Origin: Gemmatimonadales bacterium
GTDB taxonomy: Bacteria; Gemmatimonadota; Gemmatimonadetes; Gemmatimonadales; GWC2-71-9
Direction of reading: 5' to 3'
Assembly (NCBI GenBank): GCA_035707305.1
Contig: DASSUE010000187.1
Coordinates: 1 to 44,675, forward strand
DNA length: 44,675 bases
This document shows positions 7,558-15,338 of the stretch, piece after piece. The translations under genes and the position numbers were made by a program. Position 1 is the first letter of the stretch. Each line of letters starts with the position of its first letter. The notes beneath the pieces are model-generated. The model made no database searches. It was not told where the DNA came from and was given only the letters and a program-made list of their open reading frames with translations.

Positions 7558-9051
7558 ATGACCGAACCACCGGACTCCTCCAGCGACGTCAGGCCCGCCG
7601 CCCGGCGGACCGCCCGCTGGATCGTGATCGCCGCGGTCTCATCGGCGCTTGCAGCCCTCGCGCTCGGCGCTCTGCTCACGAACATCTTCGAACGCAAGCA
7701 GGAGGCACGAAACCCGTTCTACCGGGTCGTGGAGTTGACCGACAGCACGATCGATCCCGCGATCTGGGGCAAGAATTTCCCGCAGCAGTACGACGACTAC
7801 CGCAAGACAGTGGACATGGTTCACACCCGCTATGGCGGCAGCGAAGGAACGCCCCGCAATCCGACTGCGATCGATCCCCGCCGAGTCGTAGCCCAGAGCC
7901 GGCTGGAGGAGGATCCACGTTTGATGCGGATGTGGGCGGGCTACGCATTTGCCCGGGATTTCCGGGAGGAGCGCGGCCATGCCTACATGCTGGATGACCA
8001 GGTCTTCACGGGGCGGCAGCAGGCTGCACCGCAGCCCGGCGCTTGCCTACACTGCCACGCCTCGATGTACGTCGCCTACAAACGTGCCGGCGCCGGCGAT
8101 CTGATCGCGGGCTTCGAGCGGATCAATCCAATGCCATATGCCGAGGCGAAGGTGCTGGCCGGCAACCATCCGGTTGCATGCATCGACTGCCACGATCCGG
8201 CGACGATGGAGCTGCGGGTGACGCGGCCAGGATTTCTGGAAGGAATCCGGACCCTCAAAGCGTCGCAGGGGGTGCGCGCGTACGACGTGAATCGGGATGC
8301 CTCGAGGCAAGAGATGCGGACGTACGTGTGCGGCCAGTGCCATGTGGAGTACTACTTCAAGGGCAAGGAGAAGCGGCTCACCTATCCGTGGGACCGTGGC
8401 CTCAAGGTGGACAGCATCCTGTCGCACTACGAGGCAAGTGGGCACACGGATTGGATCCACGAGCGCTCCGGCGCCCCCGTTCTCAAGGCCCAGCACCCCG
8501 AGTTCGAGATGTACAGCCAAGGGGTGCATGCCCGCTCGGGAGTGGCGTGCGCCGACTGTCACATGCCCTACGAGCGCCGCGGTGCGCTCAAGATCAGTGA
8601 TCACCACGTGCGCAGCCCATTGCTGAACATCAATCAGGCGTGCCAGACCTGTCACAAGATCTCGGAGGCCGAGCTTCGCGACCGGGTGTATCTGATCCAG
8701 GATCGCACGTTCGAAATGCGGAACATCGCCATCGACGCACTTCTGGATCTGGTCACCGGCATCCAACGCGCGCGTGCGGCGGATAGCACCGCGCCGGTCG
8801 TGGCGAAAGCGCAGCGCTACCAGCGCGCAGCGCAGTTCTTCGCCGACTTCGTGGAAGCAGAGAACTCGATGGGTTTCCACGCCGACCAGGAGGCGGTGCG
8901 CATTCTCGGCAACTCGATCAATTTCTCGCGCCTCGGCCAGGCCGTGCTCAGGGGCGAGCGGGTACCGGACGCGCCCCTCGAGGGCGCCAGCGGTTCGGCG
9001 CACCAGCTGCCGCGGGCCGCGCGGCCGGCTGAACCGATAGATCGGCGCTAG
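7558..9051 (+). CDS. nrfA: Pentahaem cytochrome c nitrite reductase NrfA (ammonia-forming), CxxCH-type active-site haem
   Basis: 497 aa with an N-terminal anchor/signal. Five haem motifs CLHCH, CIDCH, CGQCH (in the conserved CGQCHVEYYF), CADCH and CQTCH. The first motif is CxxCH, not the classical CxxCK. Confidence 0.9.
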   Translation: MTEPPDSSSDVRPAARRTARWIVIAAVSSALAALALGALLTNIFERKQEARNPFYRVVELTDSTIDPAIWGKNFPQQYDDYRKTVDMVHTRYGGSEGTPRNPTAIDPRRVVAQSRLEEDPRLMRMWAGYAFARDFREERGHAYMLDDQVFTGRQQAAPQPGACLHCHASMYVAYKRAGAGDLIAGFERINPMPYAEAKVLAGNHPVACIDCHDPATMELRVTRPGFLEGIRTLKASQGVRAYDVNRDASRQEMRTYVCGQCHVEYYFKGKEKRLTYPWDRGLKVDSILSHYEASGHTDWIHERSGAPVLKAQHPEFEMYSQGVHARSGVACADCHMPYERRGALKISDHHVRSPLLNINQACQTCHKISEAELRDRVYLIQDRTFEMRNIAIDALLDLVTGIQRARAADSTAPVVAKAQRYQRAAQFFADFVEAENSMGFHADQEAVRILGNSINFSRLGQAVLRGERVPDAPLEGASGSAHQLPRAARPAEPIDRR

Positions 9052-9551
9052 CGCCGTCTGGGAATGCTGAGCGTTTGCCAGCGCTCACCGACTAGGTGGC
9101 GGGCGAGCTGCACGATCTGACCGACGTGGTAGGCGTAGTGAGCTAGCTGACGGTCGATCGCCTGCAATACCGAGTGCGGCTCACCGCGGATGGTCACGGT
9201 GCGCAGCAGATCGTCCGGGCCGAGGGGCTCCAGCGCCGAAAAGACCACGCGCCAGCCGTCCTCCCACCAGCGGTGCACGTCGGCTGCCGCGGTATTGCCG
9301 CTGAGCTCGAACTCCGCATCGCGATTCCGGTCCGGCTTCTCACCGTCGGTGGTAAGAAAATCGGTCCAGCGTGAGCGCATGTTCCCAGCCATGTGCTTGA
9401 CAATGACCGCGATGCTGTTCGACTCTGCGTCGAGCGCGTGGAACAACCCCCGCGGCTCCACCTGCGCCATTGCCTTTTCGCCGAGCGCCTTGTACTGGCG
9501 GAACACACGCAGCGCTTCCGCGAGGTATGCGGCACCGATCTCCTCGCTCAT
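9048..9551 (-). CDS. DinB/DUF1572-like four-helix-bundle protein
   Basis: C-terminal LAHYAYHVGQIVQLARHL and internal HMAGNMRSRW fit the DinB-family His pattern. The ATG at 9551 is preceded by GGGAG. The track ORF extends to a GTG at 9599. Its stop overlaps the nrfA stop convergently. Confidence 0.55.
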   Translation of the reverse strand: MSEEIGAAYLAEALRVFRQYKALGEKAMAQVEPRGLFHALDAESNSIAVIVKHMAGNMRSRWTDFLTTDGEKPDRNRDAEFELSGNTAAADVHRWWEDGWRVVFSALEPLGPDDLLRTVTIRGEPHSVLQAIDRQLAHYAYHVGQIVQLARHLVGERWQTLSIPRRR

Positions 9552-9606
9552 GCCGGCTCCCGAAGCTGTTGGGATAGAGCTGGAATCCCTTCCTGCCACT
9601 AGGCCA

Positions 9607-10194
9607 TCACCGCGCTCGGCGTCCCAGCGCCCGGATCTTCTCCAGCCATCGGCCGTGCCGCTCCGGACCGCCGGACTCGACGCTTCCCACGATCGTATCC
9701 CGCACCGGCGCGATACCGCAGAACTTGAGGATGTTGCGCTCGAGACTTCTGAGCGAGTGCGCGCCGAAGTACCAGCGGTAGACCGGCGCCGGCATGCCCA
9801 TGGTGATGATCACGTGGGCGCTTTTTCCCCGCAGTCCCTTTGTTCCGCCCGTTGCCAGTGACCCCGAGAACGCGAACCCGGGGCGGAACAGTTGTTCCAG
9901 GAAGGCTCTCAGCAGCGCCGGCAATCCGCCGAGCCAGAGGGGAAAGATGATCACGAGGTGCTCCGCCCAGCGGACGTCGTCCTGGCAGCGTCGGATGGAC
10001 TCCGGCGGCGGGGTGCTTTCCCACTGCTCGCGGGTCCGGAGCACCGGAAAGTCGAGCGCCGCCACCTGGACTCTTCGGATCTCGTGGCCGGCGTCCCGCG
10101 CACCCTCCGCGTAGGCGTCGGCGAGCGCGTGACAATAATGGGAGGCACCCGGATCCGGATGTCCCTGGATCAGCAGCACGCGTTTGGCAGCCAT
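9607..10194 (-). CDS. NAD(P)H-dependent quinone oxidoreductase, flavodoxin-like fold (Flavodoxin_2 type)
   Basis: 195 aa. MAAKRVLLIQGHPDPGASHYCHALADAY...HLVIIFPLWLGGLPALLRAFLEQL is typical of the NAD(P)H dehydrogenase (quinone)/KefF-MdaB group. Starts 2 nt after the yceI stop. Confidence 0.7.
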   Translation of the reverse strand: MAAKRVLLIQGHPDPGASHYCHALADAYAEGARDAGHEIRRVQVAALDFPVLRTREQWESTPPPESIRRCQDDVRWAEHLVIIFPLWLGGLPALLRAFLEQLFRPGFAFSGSLATGGTKGLRGKSAHVIITMGMPAPVYRWYFGAHSLRSLERNILKFCGIAPVRDTIVGSVESGGPERHGRWLEKIRALGRRAR

Positions 10195-10196
10195 GC

Positions 10197-10838
10197 TCAG
10201 GGCACGCGAATCGCTTCGATCGCGACAGTGATCTCGACTTCGTTGCCGATACCAGGCACGCCGTTCACCAGCTCCTTGTAGGTAAGCCCGAAGTCGCGGC
10301 GATCGATCAACGTGCTTGCGTCGAACGCGATCCGCTGCTGGCCGACGTAGTCCTTCGCTGTGCCGCGGTACTGGCCGACGAGCACCACCTGGCGCGCGTG
10401 GCCCTTGAGGGTCAGAATCCCCCCGATCTCCACGGTGCTATCGGTCGCTACGATGCCGGTGCTCTCGAACGTCATGCGCGGGAAGCTGTCGGAGGCGAAA
10501 AACCGCGCGCTCCGGAGATCGGCGTCCCGGTGTATGTTCCCGGTGTTCACGCTGGCGGTCTGCACTCCCACGTTCACTGTTCCGTGCGTCCAGTCCCCGT
10601 CCCGGGTGACGATGACCCCGTACCAGTCGTCGAATGTGCCGCGCACCCGGCCCACGAGGTGCCTGACCCGGAAGTCTACCTGAGAGTGTACCGGGTCCAC
10701 GACCCACCGCGTCCCGGTCGATGGGATCTGGCTCGACGCCCGCACTGCCGCCGGGTCGGCCTGCGCGGCGGCGCCTGATGCGAGGGCAGTGAACAGCACG
10801 AGGGCGAGGAGTGCGTTAACGGCGACACGAGGTTTCAT
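10197..10838 (-). CDS. YceI-family periplasmic (polyisoprenoid-binding) protein
   Basis: 213 aa with a signal peptide. VDPVHSQVDFRVRHLVGRVRGTFDDW is the YceI-family hallmark. RBS GGAAGG upstream. Confidence 0.8.
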   Translation of the reverse strand: MKPRVAVNALLALVLFTALASGAAAQADPAAVRASSQIPSTGTRWVVDPVHSQVDFRVRHLVGRVRGTFDDWYGVIVTRDGDWTHGTVNVGVQTASVNTGNIHRDADLRSARFFASDSFPRMTFESTGIVATDSTVEIGGILTLKGHARQVVLVGQYRGTAKDYVGQQRIAFDASTLIDRRDFGLTYKELVNGVPGIGNEVEITVAIEAIRVP

Positions 10839-10864
10839 CGGGCCTTCCGGTACATGATACTAGT

Positions 10865-10898
10865 ATCGTAGCGGGGCGCGAGTGAAGCGATCGTGAAG
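10865..10898 (-). promoter_or_regulatory. Candidate response-regulator box plus -10 for the yceI operon
   Basis: The minus strand reads CTTCAC-gatcg-CTTCAC-n11-TACGAT. The -10 candidate sits inside the perfect 12-bp palindrome GATACTAGTATC (10856-10867). Confidence 0.5.
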
Positions 10899-11061
10899 GG
10901 TCTTGCACCCCCACTTCATTGAGCATCGCTGGATGAAGGGTCTTTCAACGTTGGTTCACGCGGGGCGGTGGGGCTGGGCGAGCGGCTCGATGGCGGCCGG
11001 CGCGAACGCGTTGGTGGCTGTGGCTCTCTTTTTCAGTGTGCACTTGTAGTCGCGCGGGGCG

Positions 11062-11475
11062 CTACTCGGCTTCGGCAGGTCCCGCGCGAATCCGGCTTCC
11101 AACAAGTCCCCCGATCAGGCCGCCGACGGCTGCGCCCGCAACACCGCCGATGAGGATCTCCTCGGTGCAGCCATCAGTGGCGGCACCTTCGGCGCTGTCG
11201 TCGGCGGCGCAGAATCCCGCCGCGAGGAACCCTCCCGCCGCGCCGAAGACCACTCCACCTATGACCGCGCCCTCCACCCACCTGCTCCGGCCCACTGCCT
11301 TCCGGATCCCAAGGCGCTCGGCCGCGAGTGGATCAGGCTGCAAAGGCGTGGGATATAGAGCGGTCGCGACGCGGGAAATCGTTGCGAGCGGCTGGTCCAT
11401 GGCGAACTGTGCGTGAAGCGCTGTGGGTGCGACCGCGAGCCAGAGCGCCAGGGCCGGCACCGACCGGCGGTGCAT
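11062..11475 (-). CDS. Secreted glycine-zipper protein, hypothetical
   Basis: The start at ATG 11475 gives signal peptide MHRRSVPALALWLAVAPTALHA. The C-terminal half is Gly/Ala-rich (GAVIGGVVFGAAGGFLAAG ... GGVAGAAVGGLIGGLVG), like glycine-zipper surface proteins. Confidence 0.45.
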   Translation of the reverse strand: MHRRSVPALALWLAVAPTALHAQFAMDQPLATISRVATALYPTPLQPDPLAAERLGIRKAVGRSRWVEGAVIGGVVFGAAGGFLAAGFCAADDSAEGAATDGCTEEILIGGVAGAAVGGLIGGLVGSRIRAGPAEAE

Positions 11476-11567
11476 CAGTCGCCCAGTGGGCCGATCATCG
11501 CCCGGCAGAAGGACGGGCCCAGCGGCGCGCGTGCGGGACGTGATCATGTTCCGTCCCCGGTCTGGGG

Positions 11568-11915
11568 TCACCACGGCGGGATCCGTGAAATATCGATCGC
11601 TGTGGAAGCTACGGTGATCGGAGGTGCGGGTGGTAGCTCTGAAGGGCGAGCCGGGAGCGCGGTCGGCGCCCAGACGTCGCTGCGCCCCAGCGCGCCGGCT
11701 TTGGGCTCACCGGGAATGAAGCGTTCGAAAACCAGACTGTCGGCGTCGAGCGCTATCAGCCGAACGATGACGAACTCGGTTGTGTCCGGCCAGCCGGCGT
11801 AGCGGACCCGGGCCCCGGCGACTGGGATCGGAGCAGGAGTTTTCACTACGTCCGCGGGGGCGCAGGCGATGCAGAGGCCGATCGTGAGGCCGAGCGGGAG
11901 GCCGGTGATCCGCAT
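11568..11915 (-). CDS. Hypothetical lipoprotein
   Basis: 115 aa. MRITGLPLGLTIGLCIAC is a lipobox-like signal. No recognisable domain. Preceded by a phased-repeat box. Confidence 0.4.
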   Translation of the reverse strand: MRITGLPLGLTIGLCIACAPADVVKTPAPIPVAGARVRYAGWPDTTEFVIVRLIALDADSLVFERFIPGEPKAGALGRSDVWAPTALPARPSELPPAPPITVASTAIDISRIPPW

Positions 11916-11940
11916 CGACGTTCCTGCGAGAAGTGCTCCG

Positions 11941-11974
11941 ATATTGTCGATCAGCCGGTAAGAACCGCCTGAAG
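11941..11974 (-). promoter_or_regulatory. Candidate response-regulator box plus -10 (weaker match)
   Basis: The minus strand reads CTTCAG-gcggt-TCTTAC-n11-CAATAT and ends 26 nt upstream of the ATG at 11915. Confidence 0.35.
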
Positions 11975-12405
11975 ACGCCGTGCGACTCAGTTCAAGAGGA
12001 AGTGGATATCTCCGACCGCATGCGGCCGAAACGGGCGGCTCGGCCCTGCTTGTGGATGTTAGTCAGCAGCAGCAGCCGAGATGGTCGGCGAGGCGCCGGA
12101 AGCTCTGGGGCCAACCACCCCGCGTGCTGCGCCACTCCTCTGCGAGGGCAGTTCGCGGCCGTCTGAGAATCCTTTGCACCGCAGCTCATGATTCCTTCAT
12201 GCGCCGAGAACAACGTTTTGTCGCCCGGCTTCTCAAAGTCCGCGAACGCCACGGGCCGTGGACCTGGTCGAGATACTCCGGCCTAAGGGACAGATGCTCG
12301 GGGAACGATCGACGGTCCGTTGAGTGCAGAGCGGGTCGAATTTCGGGCGCATGCCACGCTCGAGATCGCGCTTGTAAGCACGCGTCCCGACTTCCCGGAG
12401 GACCA

Positions 12406-13020
12406 ATGCGCAGTCCAGCAGACGCCATCAACAGCTATGTCACCGACATGCTTGCCATCGAGGAGCATATCGAGAAGGCCGTGGCGGGCCAGATCCAATC
12501 CTTGGCGGACCATCCGCAGGTCGGGGCGGAGCTAGAGACAATCCAACGCTGGATCCGGCTCCATATCGCGAACCTGAAGCAATTGACGGGAACGCGAGGC
12601 TTGGCCACAACGACCGGCGCAATCAAGCGGGCGGGTTCCAGCGTCCTCGGACGGGCCGCGGGAGCCATCGACCTTCTCCGTCACGAAGGACAGGCCAAGA
12701 ACCTTCGTGACGATTATACCGCTTTCAGCTTGGCGGCCATCGGCTACGTGATGCTGCACACCACTGCCCTAGCGTTGGGAGACAAGGAAGTAGCCAATCT
12801 CGCCTACCAGCACCTGGGGAATTACGCCCGGGGGCTGATCGCATTGCAGTACATCCTCCCGGCGGTGGTCGTGCGGTCGCTTCAGACGGAGGGGCTGCCA
12901 GCTCGTGAGGACGTCCTCACGGATGTGTTCCGGAACATGGAGGTGGTCTGGGGGCTCGGCGGGACCGTGCGGACCCCTACCCGTAGGGGAACCACGGTCC
13001 CAGACCGGCCGAGCCACTAG
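12406..13020 (+). CDS. Ferritin-like / DUF892 (YciE-YciF-like) stress protein, tentative
   Basis: The ATG at 12406 is preceded by GGAGG. The upstream part of the track ORF is Arg-rich and implausible as protein. MRSPADAINSYVTDMLAIEEHIEKAVAGQI... and later DDYTAFSLAAIGYVMLHTTALALGD suggest a helical-bundle ferritin-like fold. The assignment is from pattern memory only. Confidence 0.4.
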   Translation: MRSPADAINSYVTDMLAIEEHIEKAVAGQIQSLADHPQVGAELETIQRWIRLHIANLKQLTGTRGLATTTGAIKRAGSSVLGRAAGAIDLLRHEGQAKNLRDDYTAFSLAAIGYVMLHTTALALGDKEVANLAYQHLGNYARGLIALQYILPAVVVRSLQTEGLPAREDVLTDVFRNMEVVWGLGGTVRTPTRRGTTVPDRPSH

Positions 13021-13228
13021 ACCCGGCGACAGGCTCGATCTATCTCGCGCAACCTCTCTCGGTGCGTCGGACCGTGCCGGCGGTCCTGGGTGGTGTACGC
13101 CATCCGACCGCTCGGAGTCAGGAGTCCGGCCAGCACCGCCGCCCGAAGCAGGCGAGTCGGCGCAGCCTTGGGGATATCGTCCCTGGCTGCGAATTGGCCG
13201 TATCGCTCTCAAGCGACTTTCCGCCGCT

Positions 13229-13245
13229 CTTCACAACATCTTCAT
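13229..13245 (+). promoter_or_regulatory. Candidate response-regulator box upstream of P-family copy 1
   Basis: CTTCAC-aacat-CTTCAT with an exact 11-bp period, 44 nt upstream of the ATG at 13290. Confidence 0.5.
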
Positions 13246-13289
13246 GGGGGCAGGTCAACCATACGAGCGACCCGTAACAGGAGTTCCCA

Positions 13290-13766
13290 ATGGCTGCCGC
13301 CTCGATCGCTCCGCTGGTTGCCCGAGACACCCCAATGACGGCAGATGCGCTGGCGCCGCTTCACGAACAATGGCTCGCCGCCGTGCGGAAGGCCTTCGAT
13401 CCTGTGCTGCTCGGCTCGCGCGCGATTCGGGATCGCTGGACAGCCTTGCGGCACCTCGGTCAGGTCACCGAACGGCTGGAGCAGGAGCGGTGGATGATCG
13501 ATCGAACGCCGGGTCTCGCGCCGTCCTCTCGTGCGAGAATCGAGAATGGCTTCAACGCCCTCCAGCGGGTTCGGGAGCAGGTCGGCAAGGTTGGAGGCCG
13601 GGCGGCCTCTCACGGCTCGCTCGTCTACCTGCTCGCGCATTTCGTGGACATGCTGGCGGACTGGTATGCCACGATCGAGCACGCGGCAGCCCGGGTTCCG
13701 TTGAACGAGCTCCCGACCAAAGCTTTGGCGGCGTTGTCGCAGCTCGAGTCGGGGAACGGGAGGTAA
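13290..13766 (+). CDS. Uncharacterised P-family protein, copy 1 (~158 aa, predicted all-helical)
   Basis: RBS AGGAG. Aligns along its whole length with 14126-14614, 21510-22001 and 42554-43012. Shared motifs are L-x-P-L/M-H-x-x-W, LLG-x-x-x-I-x-DRW-x-A-x-R-Y/H-L, E-R, H-x-G-x-L and W-x4-E. Confidence 0.7.
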   Translation: MAAASIAPLVARDTPMTADALAPLHEQWLAAVRKAFDPVLLGSRAIRDRWTALRHLGQVTERLEQERWMIDRTPGLAPSSRARIENGFNALQRVREQVGKVGGRAASHGSLVYLLAHFVDMLADWYATIEHAAARVPLNELPTKALAALSQLESGNGR

Positions 13767-13830
13767 ATAGACGTCGCGCCCTGCCGATCTCCATCTCATC
13801 GTGCGACCGGACTGGAGCGTCGGCATGACG

Positions 13831-14040
13831 GACGGTCGCGCCCGGGTGGTCGCGGGTGATCCTCACCGGAGGCGGCTCCGACGCGACCGACGGGGTGCAA
13901 GGTGTGAAAAGCGCGAGGTGGTCTGCTGATCGCCCAGGACCGCGCCACCTCGCAGGTCTTCGGGATGCCGGGAGCGGCCATCGCAACCGGCCTGGTTGAC
14001 AAAACCCTTCCACTGGCGCTTGAGCATCTGCCGGCTCAGC
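13831..14040 (+). pseudogene. cheB: Remnant of the 3' end of a cheB (chemotaxis methylesterase) gene, frameshifted
   Basis: Three reading frames together spell DGRARVVAG / VILTGGGSDATDGVQGVKSAR / GGLLIAQDRATSQVFGMPGAAIATGLVDKTLPLALEHLPAQ. This matches the CheB C-terminus (GVILTGMGxDG ... AQxExxxVVFGMPxxAI). No upstream catalytic part is present, and at least two frameshifts are needed. Confidence 0.55.
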
Positions 14041-14044
14041 GGAG

Positions 14045-14100
14045 CTTCAAGGCCGCTTCCTGGCTGGTTCACGGTGTCTTCACGCCGGGCAGTGCATCGT
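14045..14100 (+). promoter_or_regulatory. Four phased repeats plus -10 upstream of P-family copy 2 (best example of the box)
   Basis: CTTCAA (14045), CTTCCT (14056), GTTCAC (14067) and CTTCAC (14078) have an exact 11-bp period. An 11-nt spacer then leads to CATCGT (14095-14100). Confidence 0.55.
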
Positions 14101-14125
14101 GAGGTGGACTCAGCAGGAGCCGCTC

Positions 14126-14614
14126 ATGCCCGCCACGCTGAACACCCGTTGCGCGCCCCGCTCCGCCGCGATGCTCGACGAGGTGCTCACACCGATGCAT
14201 CGAGACTGGGCCGCATGTGTGGCACGGGCGTGTGCCCCGGCGTTGCTGGGCACGTCCACGATCTGGGATCGCTGGAGCGCGGTGCGGTATCTGAATGATG
14301 CGTTTCAGGAGCACCTGGGGCAGGAACGCGAGCTGATCCGGCGGCTTCCCCGGATTGACTCGCAGACGCGTGAGCGGCTCGCGGCGGTGTTCGAGACTCT
14401 CGAGCGGCTCCGCGCCCGGATCGATTCAGCTGGCCGGCGGCATCATACCGGGGGTCTCGTCACCGTCCTGCTCAAGAACTTGCTGGAGCAGCTCGATGCC
14501 TGGTGCGCGGCGACCGAGCATGTCGCTGGATCCATTCCTCTGGCCCTACTGCCTGACCAGGCACTCGACCTCCTGATTGAGATCCAGGCACACGCGCCCC
14601 GCCATCGGGGGTGA
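14126..14614 (+). CDS. Uncharacterised P-family protein, copy 2
   Basis: I place the start at ATG 14126, preceded by AGGAG. The track ORF starts at GTG 14099. LTPMHRDW..LLGTSTIWDRWSAVRYL..RRHHTGGL..AWCAATEH..IPLALLP is closest to copy 3. Roughly half of positions look identical by eye. Confidence 0.7.
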   Translation: MPATLNTRCAPRSAAMLDEVLTPMHRDWAACVARACAPALLGTSTIWDRWSAVRYLNDAFQEHLGQERELIRRLPRIDSQTRERLAAVFETLERLRARIDSAGRRHHTGGLVTVLLKNLLEQLDAWCAATEHVAGSIPLALLPDQALDLLIEIQAHAPRHRG

Positions 14615-14690
14615 CCGTGGCCACGGGAGCCCCTACGGAGCAGGTATCGCCTCCGCAGGTGCAGGGCTGAAGGCTGGAAGGAGAACACAC

Positions 14691-15338
14691 ATGATCTTCG
14701 CCAATCGCTATGACGCGGGGCGCCGCCTGGCGGGGCTCCTTGAACGGTACCGGGCGGAGCGCCCCGTACTCCTCGCGCTGCCCCGAGGTGGCGTGCCGGT
14801 GGCATTTGAAGTGGCGCGGGCGCTCGGGGCGCCGCTGGACGTTTGCGTCGCCCGAAAGTTGGGTGTTCCCGGCGCCGAGGAAGTTGCGATGGGGGCGGTC
14901 GCCGGCGGAACTGCCGTGGTCGACCACGAGCTGATCGCTCGGCTCGGGATTCCGAATACGTACGTCCAGCGGGTGGTGGCCCGGGAAATCGCGGAGATGG
15001 CCCGCCAGGAAGGGACCTTCCGGCGTGGTCGCGCACCTATCGACGTCGCGGGGCGCACCGTTATCCTGGTCGACGACGGCCTGGCCACTGGAGCGACTGC
15101 GTACGCCGCGGTCAAGGCGCTCAGGACGCGCAACCCCCGTCGCATCGTATTTGCGTCGCCGGTTTGTGCCCCTGACGGCGCCGAAATGCTCCGTGGGGTC
15201 GCCGACGACGTGATCTGTGTCGACTGCCCGGCCGACTTCCGCGCGGTCGGACTCTGGTATGAGGATTTTTCGCCGGTGAGCGACGCCGAGGTGGTGGATT
15301 GCCTCGAAGCCGTAGCGCCGGGGAGGATTTCAGCATGA
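14691..15338 (+). CDS. Phosphoribosyltransferase-family protein (stress-island type)
   Basis: The ATG at 14691 is preceded by GGAAGGAG. It has LALPRGGVPVAFEVARALGAPLDV and the PRPP-binding loop VILVDDGLATGAT. This is the same type as the N-terminal half of mycobacterial PRTase-hydrolase fusions. Confidence 0.8.
   Translation: MIFANRYDAGRRLAGLLERYRAERPVLLALPRGGVPVAFEVARALGAPLDVCVARKLGVPGAEEVAMGAVAGGTAVVDHELIARLGIPNTYVQRVVAREIAEMARQEGTFRRGRAPIDVAGRTVILVDDGLATGATAYAAVKALRTRNPRRIVFASPVCAPDGAEMLRGVADDVICVDCPADFRAVGLWYEDFSPVSDAEVVDCLEAVAPGRISA

Noticed and set aside
13290-14614. Assigning the P-family to the hemerythrin/HHE superfamily
   Set aside because: The helical character and stress context are suggestive, and P1B-5 ATPases are known to carry hemerythrin-like domains. 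However, only one or two His and two Glu are conserved across the four copies, far short of the di-iron ligand set. I kept this only as a hypothesis to test.
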